NCBI GenBank assembly: GCA_028534125.1
Contig: CM052816.1
Coordinates: 91,700,001 to 91,764,000, forward strand
Direction of reading: 5' to 3'
DNA length: 64,000 bases
DNA from: Lama glama
Taxonomy: Eukaryota
The notes under the pieces are model-generated. The model saw only the letters and a list, made by a program, of their open reading frames with translations. It was not told the DNA's origin and did not search any database. The position numbers were made by a program, and so were the translations under genes. Below are positions 1 through 12,461 of the stretch, in pieces (within the stretch, counting starts at the first letter, position 1; every line of letters begins with the position of its first letter).

Positions 1-416
1 AAAAACAAAACAACAAAAAAATAAACAAAAAAAACCTTCTTCTATCTTACAATTTCTTTTTTTTTTCTTTGAAAGGCCCTTGTAGATGTGCATTGTGGCT
101 TTAGGCTGTAAATTTGGAGGACTATTCTAAAGAGTGGGAACATTTAGAGATCCTGGTGTCACAACAAAATGGCTGCTCATGATCCCTTGTGATGCTTACT
201 GGGTCATTTGTTGCTATGTGTTTGTTTGCTACAGTACAGAAGTCTGTGCATGATACAGTCTTTTTTGTGTGTCAGACATAAGGGTATGGTTACAGCAACT
301 ATGCTGGAAACTGAGGCCACCTTGGTCATGGCCGTAGGAGTGTGTTACATTTTTGAACGTCATGCATGATAAATGTCAGTGGTGAGACCATAAAAGAAAA
401 GTTGAGAACAATTGTT

Positions 417-792
417 TTGGGGCAGCAAATTATAGCTCTAAGCCAAATCTTGCCCATTACCTATTTTTGTACAGCCCAATTTTGTGCCAAGAATGGTCTT
501 TAAGGATGAGCATTTGCAAAGTTTGGTGATAGCAAAACAGCACCTTTGAGCCCCAATTTAAGGGAACATTATATTCCTGCCAAAAGAATTCCATTAGTAG
601 ATACGTATTTTTTTAAAATCCCATTTAATTACATTATTATATTTTTAATTTTGTCATCAAAAATTTTGTAGAAATTTGTCTTATCTCTTGTGATGTAACT
701 ATCTACACAATATTCTTACTCTGCTCTCTTGGCACCAGGAGCTTGAAATATTTACTATTTCATCCCTTAGAGAAAAAGTTTGCCAACTTCTG
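417..792 (+). mobile_element. MER58-family (MER58D-like) hAT-Charlie non-autonomous DNA transposon
   Basis: Degenerate terminal inverted repeats (TIRs) ggggcagcaaat ... aaagtttgccaacttctg; MER58-type sub-terminal 'ccaaatcttgcccattacctatttttgta' and 'gaaatatttactat...ccttagagaaaaagtttgcc'. Confidence 0.7.
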
Positions 793-824
793 CTCTAGAT
801 TACAGTGATGCAACAAAGCATACA

Positions 825-1035
825 GAACACTTACACTGTGTCTAGCATCCCGCTAAGATTAATATTCTCAGTCTCTCATTCAATACTCAAGGAAATTGGT
901 TGGGTGAATGTGACAGTTAATCCTATCTCACAGAGGAAACCAAAATGTAGAGATATTAAATAACTTCTCCAAACCCACACACTTATAAGGGAGAGACTAG
1001 GGCTTGAATCCAGTTGGTCTGCATTGAAAATTCAC
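825..1035 (-). mobile_element. MIR SINE fragment
   Basis: MIR core in reverse: 'tcacagaggaaaccaaaatgtagagatattaaataacttctccaaacccacac...ggcttgaatccag'. Confidence 0.65.
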
Positions 1036-2369
1036 TTTGGTATTCATAACTCAGCCCCCTGTGAGCCTGAGGTGCCTGATCCCATCTCTCCTCACCACAC
1101 AGGCACAATCTGTGGCTTCTGTAGGCCTCTCTACTGTCTCTTTCCTCTTCCTTTCTTACTTCTTCTACACCTTAATATCTGCTAATATTGTTCACCTATA
1201 CTATGCCTATCCCTTAGCCAATGGGGGCCATTCAATCTTAGGGATGAGAAAATTATGAAAAAACAGATCTCTCTATACTTGTATTTTCATTTACTCTAGT
1301 TGATTTGTATAAGCAGAATCTTGTGGTCAAAGTGAGTTCCTGAGCCCACGTCACATTGCCATGCTTCTGATCTGCGCAATGTGACATATAATATCACTTT
1401 CCATGTCTATTAAACACCTTGCAACAAAACATTCATACTTAGTCTTTGGTTTAAAGTTGTTATTAGCGAGGATAAACTGAACACCATGTGTTTTCAACTC
1501 AAAAGTGACGTCTAACACCTTCCCTAGAACAGAAATGTATGGAAGCCAAGTTGCAATAAAATGTCGATGCAGGGGAAAGAAAATCACTCCATGTAACCTA
1601 CGTGGTAGTAAGAGACAGTTACCATGATTTTCCTTTCAGCCAAGGAATTCTCTTGGTACTAAACAAAAATGTCATTAGATGTAATCCCGGAACAAAACTT
1701 CAGTGACTAGAATTCACCAAAATTTTTGCAGATGCTAATATACTTTGTTTCAAAATATATGCCCAAATTTATAAACTTTTGTTCTCATATTAGAAAATCC
1801 TCACACATTTACTGATGTGGCACGGGATGCTAAGTACCTGTAGCTAAGCACAGTCCACAGGTAGCAAGAGGGAAGGCTCGGATTCACACGTGGGACTCTT
1901 TTATCTTTTAAGCAATACATACCACTCCCCCACTTCAAACCCATAGCAGATAAAAGGTATAAAAAAAAAGGAAGAGAGAAGGGCTGCTACGTGCAGCACA
2001 GTGATAACAGTGAAATGTACTTGATAGCAATATTAAAGCAAGAGAAAAAAATCAAATTAAAACCAGGCATGAGCCTTCAAAAGTTAGAGCAGTCTGGGGC
2101 CATTTAAGGAGGCAATGGCTTCCAACGTCTCAAAAGCCACCCAGGATGCCACAATCTAATAACACAAAGATTAGAGTTTACATAAAGGTCATAAAGTATC
2201 AAGACTCAAAATTCTGTTTCGTATAAACTACCTGGGAAGACTCTATGTATTGCATTTTAGATATGCTTCAACCAAAATGTTAAATTAAAATTTATTTTGA
2301 AACATTTTTACAAACCCTTTCAGCATTCCAGAAAACCTAGATATTGACAATACTTCATTTTCTGAACAG

Positions 2370-2560
2370 TATGCTAACTGTTTTACAAGTGTCTCGAATA
2401 ACCTTCAAAACAACTCTAGGAAAGAAGCATTCCTTTAACCCACATTTTACAGGTTTACATTTACAGATGAAGAAAGTGAGGCTTAGGGAGGTTAAATAAC
2501 TCACCCAAGGTCACAGAGCTAGTGACAGTAGCCCAGTCAAGGTATGAATCCAGAACCTTG
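2370..2560 (-). mobile_element. MIR SINE
   Basis: Well-preserved core 'ttacagatgaagaaagtgaggcttagggaggttaaataactcacccaaggtcacagagctagt'. Confidence 0.85.
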
Positions 2561-2619
2561 AATTTACTTAGTAAATTAAATACACAGACTGGAACTGCTC
2601 ACGACGAAAGTGGCTGCAA

Positions 2620-2699
2620 TGTACAGAGCTGTAAGATGGCTCCTGATGATCCCTGTCTCCTGTGTTCATGCTTCTGGGAACCCCGCCTCCCCGCCCCCA
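2620..2699 (+). mobile_element. MLT1-type MaLR LTR 5' part, cut off by the assembly gap
   Basis: 'taagatggctcctgatgatccctgtctcctgtgttcatgc' resembles the MLT1E/F LTR start. Confidence 0.45.
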
Positions 2700-3199
2700 N
2701 NNNNNNNNNNNNNNNNNNNNNNNNNNNNNNNNNNNNNNNNNNNNNNNNNNNNNNNNNNNNNNNNNNNNNNNNNNNNNNNNNNNNNNNNNNNNNNNNNNNN
2801 NNNNNNNNNNNNNNNNNNNNNNNNNNNNNNNNNNNNNNNNNNNNNNNNNNNNNNNNNNNNNNNNNNNNNNNNNNNNNNNNNNNNNNNNNNNNNNNNNNNN
2901 NNNNNNNNNNNNNNNNNNNNNNNNNNNNNNNNNNNNNNNNNNNNNNNNNNNNNNNNNNNNNNNNNNNNNNNNNNNNNNNNNNNNNNNNNNNNNNNNNNNN
3001 NNNNNNNNNNNNNNNNNNNNNNNNNNNNNNNNNNNNNNNNNNNNNNNNNNNNNNNNNNNNNNNNNNNNNNNNNNNNNNNNNNNNNNNNNNNNNNNNNNNN
3101 NNNNNNNNNNNNNNNNNNNNNNNNNNNNNNNNNNNNNNNNNNNNNNNNNNNNNNNNNNNNNNNNNNNNNNNNNNNNNNNNNNNNNNNNNNNNNNNNNNN
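2700..3199. other. Assembly gap (500 N)
   Basis: Run of N. Confidence 1.
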
Positions 3200-3737
3200 C
3201 ATACATTAGCATATTTCAAAAGCATGCAGTATCTTAGTATCTATTCTGATACTAAACATATATTTTAAAGATTTAATAAAATTATAGTAGCTCTTTGTTA
3301 TGTGTTTTCTCAATCAATAGATACTAAAATTATAACTCATGTATAAGTCCATAATATGATTTTCTTCTAAAATATATTCATCAGACTTAGTTTTATTAAT
3401 TTTTTTCCTAATATAAAAGCAATTCAAGTTCATCAGGCTATAAAGATAAATGAAAAAAATACCTGCAATCACACCCAACCACATGGAGACAATCCCTGTA
3501 AACACCATGCTAGAGGTATATTTAATTAAGTCTATGTCTTTAATCAAAGACAGGGTCACCCTGCTTTGGGACTGGCTTTGAAAGGTAATATGTTTTGAAA
3601 AGCTTTCTGTATCAATGGATATATTTCTGTAACATTTTAATTGTTGTGAAATGGTCTATGACACAGAAACACCATGATGTTTGCAGTCAGTCCTTTGTTT
3701 TGGGATATTTGTCACTTGAGTAAACATTTATGTACAC

Positions 3738-3943
3738 CAGGATTTTTCAGCCTCCATCCTATTAACGCTTTGGGCTGGATAATTCTTATTTTCTGGGGGG
3801 TCTCCCTGTGCGTTGCCAATGTGCCGCAACCACCGAATGCAGCAGCACCCCACCCCACCCCCCAAGTTGGGACAAGCAAAAATTTCTCCAGACATTGCCA
3901 ATATTGCCTGGGCGACAAAATCATTCCCCGTTGGGAACCACTC
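3738..3943 (-). mobile_element. MER20 hAT-Charlie DNA transposon
   Basis: 'tttgggctggataattctt...aaaaatttctccagacattgccaa...gttgggaaccact' matches the reverse complement of MER20. Confidence 0.85.
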
Positions 3944-4250
3944 CCATAGACAAATAACTGCATATACAAAGGATTATTTCCATCTAATAGTTTCCCTGAA
4001 GCAGAATTGCTGGACCAAAGGGCCTGACCTGTGGAGGGTTTGAATGTGTGTGGCCAACTGGCTGCTCTTGAAGACAGTCAGTGTCAACTCCCCTACCCAG
4101 CAGCACAATAGTGACCATGTTCTGTTTCTCTTTTACTCACCAGCATCGAATAGCACTGTTTCTTTTTTTTTTTCATCAATGCCAATTTAAGAGTGTCTCA
4201 TTGCTGTTTAAAATGCATTTTTTTAAACAACTGATGAAGATAAACATTTT

Positions 4251-4343
4251 TTTGTTGTTGTTAGTAGACATACTGGGAATTGAACCCAGGACCTTATATG
4301 TGGTAAACATGTGCTCTGCTACTGAGCTATACCCTCCCTGCCC
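4251..4343 (-). mobile_element. tRNA-derived camelid-type SINE (Vic-1-like, short form)
   Basis: Minus strand gggagggtatagctcagtagcagagc (A box) ... gggttcaattcccag (B box) with an A-rich tail; perfect 14-bp TSD aagataaacatttt at 4237-4250 and 4344-4357. Confidence 0.9.
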
Positions 4344-5759
4344 AAGATAAACATTTTAAAGTAGGTTTTGGCATCACTTGTATTTCCCCTTTCTTTGGTG
4401 AACAGTCTTTTTTGTCCTTTCCTGTTAAAGGATTTTCTTTCTTTGGTTTTCTAAAAGCTTTTACAAATGAAGATACTGCCACTTATGTTACCCGATGTTA
4501 TGTAATCTTATGTTGCAACTACATTTTTTTTTCAGTTTCTCTTCTACCTTTATTTTCACTTAATCATTTCTTAGGCAAAAGCTTCAAAATATTATAACTG
4601 TATCTACCTATTACACAGATACGAAACTATGCATATTATGGTTGCTTTTGTAAATTCTGGTCTTGATGCCATGTTTATAAAGTCCTTACTTTCCTCAAAA
4701 TTATATAAATATTAAGCTATATTTTCTTACAGTATTTTAATGTTTTTTCCCTGACTTTTTAACTATTTTAAGCATTTGACATGTATTTGATTTTGGGGTA
4801 ATGCATATGGTGATTTCCAAAATATTTTGATGTTAAAGAGAGGGAGGCCCTGATATTTAGACAGACGGGACCCCCAGACGAGCTTATCTCTGTGTTTCAC
4901 TCTGCCAGCTACTTGGCTCTTAGATTCCCTAATTCTTTCTTACTATTCTCTCATCATCATCATAATTTGACTGTGAAATAGGTACAAACAAAGCCAAACA
5001 GAATGTCATGGGAGAAAAACAGGAAGAAAAGGAAACCATTTTGACTTATCTGTTAATTTGAAAACTGGAGTCAATCAGCTGTGAGTAGAAAATGGACGTG
5101 TGATGTAAAGGGGCTGGCTGGAGTTGCTCTGTTGGCTGAAGCAAGCTTCCTTCCCGTTTAGCCCTGTCCTTCAGTCCTCCGAGCTCTGTGGGGCGCCACG
5201 AGCGCACAAAGTGTGTTCACACGTGGAACCTACTTATATCCTCACAAGAGCTTCAGTGGGCGTTCTCTCCGAGTTTGCTCACGAGAGAAGAGGCGTTCAG
5301 TCGCTGGCCACCATCACTGGGTGTCAGAGCTGCAATACAGGGAAAACCCTGATACTCTGGTCTGTTACTGGTGTCTCTATTACAACCACACAAAGCATCT
5401 GGTAAAAGGTTTTGTTGTTGTTGTTGTTGTTGAGAAAATAAATCTACATAGGGTTTTGGCAGGAGCAGAATCCAGCTTTCTATTTGTCACAGTGAATTGA
5501 TGTCTTCCGGACTCTGGGACTCTACTTGGGATTAGTGTCTGAAGTCCAAGAGCCTCCTAGGACTATAGCAAGAATTTTAAGCATTCCGGAAAAAAAAAAA
5601 AAAAAAGTAAAGGAATCTAAGCGGCCAGGTCTCAGAGCTGCACAGCTTTCGTCAATTTCCTCCTAATGGCCTCCTTGAACCAGGCAAAGGCTTCTGTGGG
5701 TTTGCATTATTTCACCTTCTCATGATAACTTTTCTTAACCACAAAACTTGCCTTTAAAG

Positions 5760-5761
<2 letters not shown>

Positions 5762-5793
<32 letters not shown>
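5762..5793. repeat. (CA)n microsatellite
   Basis: Perfect AC run. Confidence 0.98.
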
Positions 5794-5797
<4 letters not shown>

Positions 5798-7703
5798 CTA
5801 GGAAAGGATTCTGAAGCAGGAGTCAGACTCAGATTTGAAATGACAAGGCAGCTATTGTTCATTTATCCCTGATTCCTAAATCCACACGCTGATTTACTTT
5901 CTGAGGTTCACAGAAATACCATTTAACCTATTCTCTGTAGGCACTACGGCTGCAAAAAGGAACACTTCCCACCTCTAACAATCTCCACCAGCAAAAAATA
6001 TGTAGAAATCTTTATATTTTTTTTCTGCTCAAACTATTGACCCTAATTCTTTATAGATAATTTAAAAATCTAGGCAGTTTTTCTTAACGTTTGGTACATC
6101 TTTAAAAATTTTTTTCCCTTTCTTATCTTTTGTTCATCTAAGTTATTTCTAGTTTTAGATAATGCTCAAGAATACACTGAGTTCATCAAAACACTGGAGA
6201 GGAGGGGAAAAGTAGACTGGAAACTGATCTCTTAACTTCAGTCATACATTTTACAAGATGCTGTTGGTAAGTCATTAAAAATGGCCAACTTCACACAAAT
6301 GGACACCCTTGTATCGCTGAGGGGGCTTGATCTTCGGAGCCCTTCTTTCTCCTGGTTAAGAAGAGCACAGCTAGTAAAACTACGCCATATGGCTTTAAAT
6401 GATCTGCATCCAATGTTGATTCCCGAAGAATGGTCCATTTTCTCAACACTTACTTGCTTCAAGACTTTTCTTGTGATTTACACTGCACATCCCTGGCATA
6501 AGCCAGAGCAAGACAAAGCTGTTAGAATTGAATGCTCCAATTCAAATCCGTCTTTCTCTTGCAGAGAGGGTGGACTGAGAATAATCTGCTTCAGTGTGTA
6601 TGAGAAGTAATACCAGGATGTCCTTTCTCATTGTTTTTAACCCATTGCTATTGATAGTTTTGCCATCTGGAAGCATCACTACTGATTAGGCCAAATGTTT
6701 CCAAACAAAGTAATAGATTATGAAAACAAAAGAGAAAAGAGGGGTAATTTGCTTTCAGCTAACACTGACTGAAAATGTATAGGTATGCTATCATAAAACT
6801 AGGTCAAATATTTCCTTTTACATGAGGGCAGAAAGAAATATAGAAAATAAAAGCATGAGGCTTTATTTGTTTATTTATTTTTGAGATTGCTCTTTTTTTT
6901 GCTTCCTCTTGATGCAAGAAATTGTTAAATAGTATGTGTGAAGCCTACATTTTTCAAGTGAAATGCATTTGAGTGAAATATTTGAAAATACCACCTAGAC
7001 TTAGTGGGGGGAAAAAATCTGAGTCTTGGGAAAATCCTTTAAGATTTCAGAAACAGGCAAATCAGTGACTAGGATTAGACACTGCATAACTCATTCCGGA
7101 ACTGTGGAAATCCTCAGTGTATCTGGAAATGCCAATTTACTTATCCTAAGCCAAATTCTCATTAACTAGATGCTTTGAATGCCACCAGCTAGCGGGGGAG
7201 CCTGGAAGCTGAGCGTTCACCTCCTCTTTCTCACCTCTCCCTCCACGACTGCGGACAACCAGAAGGCAGTTGATTCAACAGGTGCAACACGTCTCTTCTG
7301 GCCCAGGCCCTGGAGTGCCGCAGACTTCCATGCCAGGCTTTCTCAGCTTACTCCAGCGGTTGTCTTCAAAACAACCTGGGAACTAGTCGTCACATCTTAT
7401 ACAGTGGTTGATAACACATGTCTGGCTAGTTCTAATTGACTAAGAGTTTGTATTGGCCAGCTGGTTATTTCCAGATATAATGGGAAGTGTTCACCTGGAT
7501 GGAGGAAGGAAGGCAAAGGCCAAGGAGATTTCTCCTGGAGGCCCTTTAAAAAATTGCTTTGGTTAAATCACAAATTGAGGCTTCCTAAGCTTGATTGCCC
7601 AGGTGAAATATAGCTATTTGCTGAAAGCTTTCTACTTGTTGGTGAGCCTTCCCATGTGATAGGCAGATGACGGAATTTTACTTGTAGGGCAGAGAGAAAG
7701 AAT

Positions 7704-7726
7704 CACACACACACACACACACACAC
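7704..7726. repeat. (CA)n microsatellite
   Basis: Perfect CA run. Confidence 0.95.
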
Positions 7727-8955
7727 CCCCCTAAGCAGAGCCAGCCAGCCCTTGGAAATTCACCTTTTATGCCTGCTTGATCATTCATATTTTCAATGTC
7801 TCTAACCTATTTTTCAATTAGAGATGTTCTTGGATGGGAACTCTCGATATTTCTCAATCATATTTTTTTTTTTGCCAGTACACACAGGACCACTTTTACC
7901 CACTCAATTACAAAATTAAACTTCTTCTAAGCTGAGCCTTTCCTAAGATGCACAGAGTTTATATCTGCAAACTTGTTTTCAGCCAATAGTCTGGTATGAA
8001 CATCTGAGGAACATTATAGGGTTTTGGAAAATGTAAAATTGAAGTTTCAACAATTCAGAAATCTTGAGCAACAGAGGCAGATGAGATTTCCTAAATATTC
8101 AGAAATAAACTTCAGCCATACCCCTTGATTTTTCCAACCCAGAAATTATAGCTATAAATCGGGTTAATCAGTGCTTCTCTCATTTCCCAGTCTGCATCTA
8201 GAAGTCATGTCCTTTGGCTCTTGGAGTGAGCAAGGATTTTCTTAATAGCAGGAACTGAAATGCACTTAAAAACAACTTGATAATACTGTGGGTAAAGTTT
8301 GAAAAAGCCAAGGATTTAATGCTTTCCAGAATCACTAATAGAGCACTTAGAGTCAAGACAACAAAGTAAAAAGCCAACCCTATTCTTAGTAAATATTGTC
8401 TGTGTACATGTATTTATTGCACAGTTGCTGAAGAACAGGGTGATACAGATACAAACAGAGCTTGTCAAACGTAATTTTGTTTTCAGTCGAGCACACTTTT
8501 CTCACTGATATTAAAAGTTACATTAATGGTTGAAACCCAAAGAGTATTGGTTGGCCAGCGACTGTCTTGTGAAATCAAATTATTCTTTTTTTCTGTATCC
8601 AATGGACATAAACTGTTTATAGGATGTCACATCATTTATACAGAACTCACCACCCCAAGTGAATGCCCAGCTCCCTCCAACCCCCACTGCTGTGGTCTCC
8701 CTGCTGCGAAACTCCAGTACCCCAACCTTTTCGAATCTTGTCACCACTAGTTCAGGGCTACTGCTAACATCCAGGACCTTCCCACTACTGAATAGATTCA
8801 AATTTCTGCTCTTATTAAGGTACACTGGTAGCACTTCCCCAACCGTACCTACCAGAGCCAATGCATTCAGAAGTTCCAAACAGGCTCTTCCAGCCGCTGG
8901 GCATGAAGCAGTCACTCAAAGTTAATACTGGAAGTGGTCAGAGACATCACCAATC

Positions 8956-9138
8956 CAGTAATTCTCAAAGTGTGGTTCCTGGACCAGTTGCATCCACACT
9001 CCCTGGGACCCTGTTAGAAAGGCAGCTTCTCAGACCACCCCACTCCAGCTCTGCCAAATCTGGAGGTGAGGTCCAGTGATTTCAATTTAACAAGCCCTCC
9101 AGTAAATTCTTTTATACATTCAAGCTTGAGACCCACTG
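8956..9138 (+). mobile_element. MER5A hAT-Charlie MITE
   Basis: TIRs cagtaattctcaaagt ... agcttgagacccactg; internal 'gtggttcctggaccag', 'tgttagaaa', 'tttaacaagccctccag'. Confidence 0.9.
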
Positions 9139-9139
9139 A

Positions 9140-9260
9140 TCTCATCCAACCTATTCATTCAGATGAGAATGCTCAGACTATGGGAATTAAATGAGTGACC
9201 CATGGCCTCACACCTAGCTGGTAGTGAAGTCCAAGGCGAGAATTCCCATCTGATGTCTAC
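9140..9260 (-). mobile_element. MIR-family fragment
   Basis: 'cagatgagaatgctcagact...gagtgacccatggcctcacacctagctggtagt'. Confidence 0.55.
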
Positions 9261-11470
9261 CACCTGGCTTTTGGCGTTCAGAACAGCATTATTGTTCAGC
9301 ATGCCAGAGTTTGCTGACTCTGCGCCAAACTAATAAATCCAAGCCAGCCAATACAAATCTTTCATAAATATAAATATAAATCTTGAAGGAAGTGAGAATT
9401 GTAGGCTGTTGCTCTCAAGGCACATGCCATTGCTTGATCCTTCTGTTTCTGCTCTATTTGCAGACAGTGAACTTGCCTAGCCAACAAGAAGCACATCTCC
9501 TAGGAAAACTAGATCAAGCACTTGACTACATCTGATCAACAGTGTTCAATAATAATGCAAGTAATGGATTTGTACTAATTAAAGTTCTGAAGTGGGGAAA
9601 ACAGTACAGCGTAGATTTGTGAGTTCCATCTTTAGAACAAAGGGCCACGAGAATCTCCTGCCCACAGCTAATGGAAAGAAAATCGACATATTTGAAAAGA
9701 TCCCACAGAATTTTGACTGTAATGAGGGCTTTTAAACCTATTTTCTCAGTGCGTTTTAGAGCTTCTGATGTGCTCTCGCAGACGGGGAAGAAAGCAAGCC
9801 AACTGAGATCAATCGCTCTGCTAAGTCACAAATACTAACATTAAAAATGTGGATCATCTAGAGTTGAGGTTAATTAGTCCCCTTGATCACCCTTGAGTTT
9901 GCTCAGATAGCTGATTATTCACCTGCCAAAATTAGCTCTCAAATAAACAAACAATCTGCTGAAAGAACAGAGTAGGAGATATTCAAGTGCTTAGCGAATT
10001 CATCAGCCACAGACACTGGAGGGGAAAAAAAAAGATGGAGACAGTGTGTCCTAGAGAGTCTGTGTCTGGCCGAGCATCCAAGCCATGCCTGCTCCCCAGA
10101 TCCCAGCGCTCTGTGCAAGGCTGGCTGCCGTCCTCTGAGTCTGCTGCTGCCCAACAGCCAAGTCCTACTTGAACTGCAGTGACAGACATGTTCAAAGTCT
10201 TATCACAACAGAAACAACGTTGCCCTAAAGTCAACATTTTGCTGAAGAAAAAGATTGATTAAGCCAAGGACAAATCCCTGGACACATCACTCTGAAACAA
10301 GAATGAATGACGGTAGTGAAAGTGCAGTCATCCCTGGAGTAGTTTACAGTTCCCCCAGAACTTTCTAGAAGGATAATTTATAGCTGATGAATTTAAGACG
10401 TGACTGTAAAAGGAGGACTCAGGGACTGAGGTGGGGGCTGGATTTAGACAAGTCTCTATAAATATACATACCTTTCCCAAAATGAAGCAATAAAAAGTAC
10501 AGTCAGTAAACCATACACTATGAATTTTGATACATAATAAATTAGCGATCATGACACCATACTATTGGATTCCATTTATCATCCTTTAACTGGGTATATT
10601 CTTTAAGATCTCCTCCACAGATCCAATGAGATGTTTGCAAATTCTTTTCTTGCATGTTAAGATGCAACTTTTTCCAGGTTGTTTTTTTTTTCTTAATCCA
10701 AAATCTTAATGCTTTGAAATTCTCAATTTTCACATCCTGTTACTTGCCCTTGTACTGGTGGGTTGGAGAAATCAAAAGATTTGAGATTAAAATAAAATAA
10801 GATACTTTGGGAAACTCAGTTTTGTTGATTATTGCTCACAGTAGTTTTCCTTTACCTGACATTTTCTGTGCATGAAAACTTCATGACAAAGCACAGGCCA
10901 ACAGCCCACTCATCCATCTCAGCTCATTCTGCTGTAACATGTGTCTCTGGAGAACACATCTGAGGTACATGCCTCCTTCCTTTTTTTCAAAGGATTTTAT
11001 CTTAGGTGCATTCTCCCAGCGAAGTGACTTGCAAACTGTGAGCCCCTAGAAGCTGAATTTTCAAGATCGACAAGAAATAAATTCTAAGTATTAAAAAATT
11101 TTTGCAAGAGAAACTCAGTTTTTTTACTACAAACCTTACAATTACTTAGTGAGGCAAAATACTTGACCTATTTCTCCATTCTGTGATATGATACTGAATG
11201 AGAATGACATTGGGGATTTGCAGCTCTGCTTTATTTTTCCTCACTCTGTGGATTATCCATTTTTAATCCACTACCAGTTTCCCGACTGCTGAGCAGCTGA
11301 CTGCTCGATGGCCCTCCTGCTGCTGGGTAATCATTATGCACCCAGGGAACACATTCTTACTTAATCTGACAAAAAAAAATACAACTTCATGTCTAAACCC
11401 ACTACAAAAATGATGAAAGCAAATCCTCTAAACGCTACACAGGAATACATTTTAAAGATAAGCCACTGTC

Positions 11471-12461
11471 CATTCTGACTGGTGTGAGGTGATACCTCAC
11501 TGTAGTTTGGAATTTCATTTCTCTAATAATTAATGATATTAAGCATCTTTTCACATGCCTGTTGGCCATCTGGATGTCTTCTTTGGAGAAATGACTTTTT
11601 AGGTCTTCTGCTCACTTTTTGATTGGGTTGTTTGCTTTTTTCTTTTTCATATTAAGCGGCATGAGTTGTTTGTATATTTTGGAAATTAGTCCCTTGTTGG
11701 TCACAGGGTGTGTGGAGAAAAAGGAACCCTCTTACACTGTTGGTGGGAATGCAAATTGGTGCAACTACTATGGAGGACAGTATGGAGGTTCCTTAAAAAA
11801 CTGAAAATAGACTTACCATCTGACCCAGCAATCCCACTCCTGGGCATATATCTGGGGCAAACTATAGTTCGAGAAGATACAGGCACCCCAATGTTCACAG
11901 CAGTGCTATTTACAATAGCCAAGACATGGAAACAACCTTAACACCCATCAACAGATGACTGGATAAAGAAGATGTGGTCTATATATACGCTGGAATATTA
12001 CTCAGTCATAAAAAGAATGAAATAATGTCATTTGCAGCAATATGGATGGACCTAGCGATTATCTTATTGAGTGAAGTAAGTCCAACAGAGAAAGACAAAT
12101 ATCGTATGATGTCACTTATATGTGGAATCTAAAAAAAAAAAGATACAAATTCTATTTACAAACCAAAAACAGACTTATGGACATAAAAAACAAACTATGG
12201 TTACCAAAGAGGAACGGACATGGAAGGATAAATTAGAAGTTAGGGATTAAAAGACACACATTACTATATATGAAATAGATAAACAACAAGGACCTACTGT
12301 ATAGCACAGGGAACTATATTCAATTTCTTGTAATAACATATAATGGAAAAGAATCTGAAAAAATATATAAGTATGTATATGTCTAACTGAATCACTTTGC
12401 TGTACACCTGGAACTAACATTGTAAATCAACTATAATTCAATACAGTATTTTTAATTTAAA
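11471..12461 (+). mobile_element. 5'-truncated, 5'-inverted LINE-1 (cetartiodactyl-type): 11471-11703 antisense, 11704-12461 sense ORF2 C-terminus plus 3'UTR
   Basis: Sense part encodes [21 protein letters not shown] (ORF2 Cys-rich domain); antisense part is the ORF2 segment just upstream; A-rich tail; TSD ataagcca[c/t]tgtc at 11458-11470 and 12466-12478. Confidence 0.93.

Larger units (their letters stand above)
3300..4810 (-). mobile_element. Ancient L1M (L1ME-like) 3' region, interrupted by MER20 and a SINE
   Basis: Antisense L1 3' motifs 'gaagcagaattgctggaccaaagg', 'tctcattgctgtttaaaatgcattt', 'tatatttctgtaacattttaattgttgtg'. Confidence 0.6.

Noticed and set aside
2522..3268. Long ORFs (178-248 aa) in all six frames
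   Set aside because: Artefacts of translating the 500-N gap
6225..6275. Plus-strand 25-nt exon-like segment (ttcag...ttg|gtaagt)
   Set aside because: Weak acceptor, frame-shifting length and no other support; consistent with chance
7180..7205. Possible CTCF site (gccaccagctagcgggggagc)
   Set aside because: Aligns poorly to the CTCF core consensus
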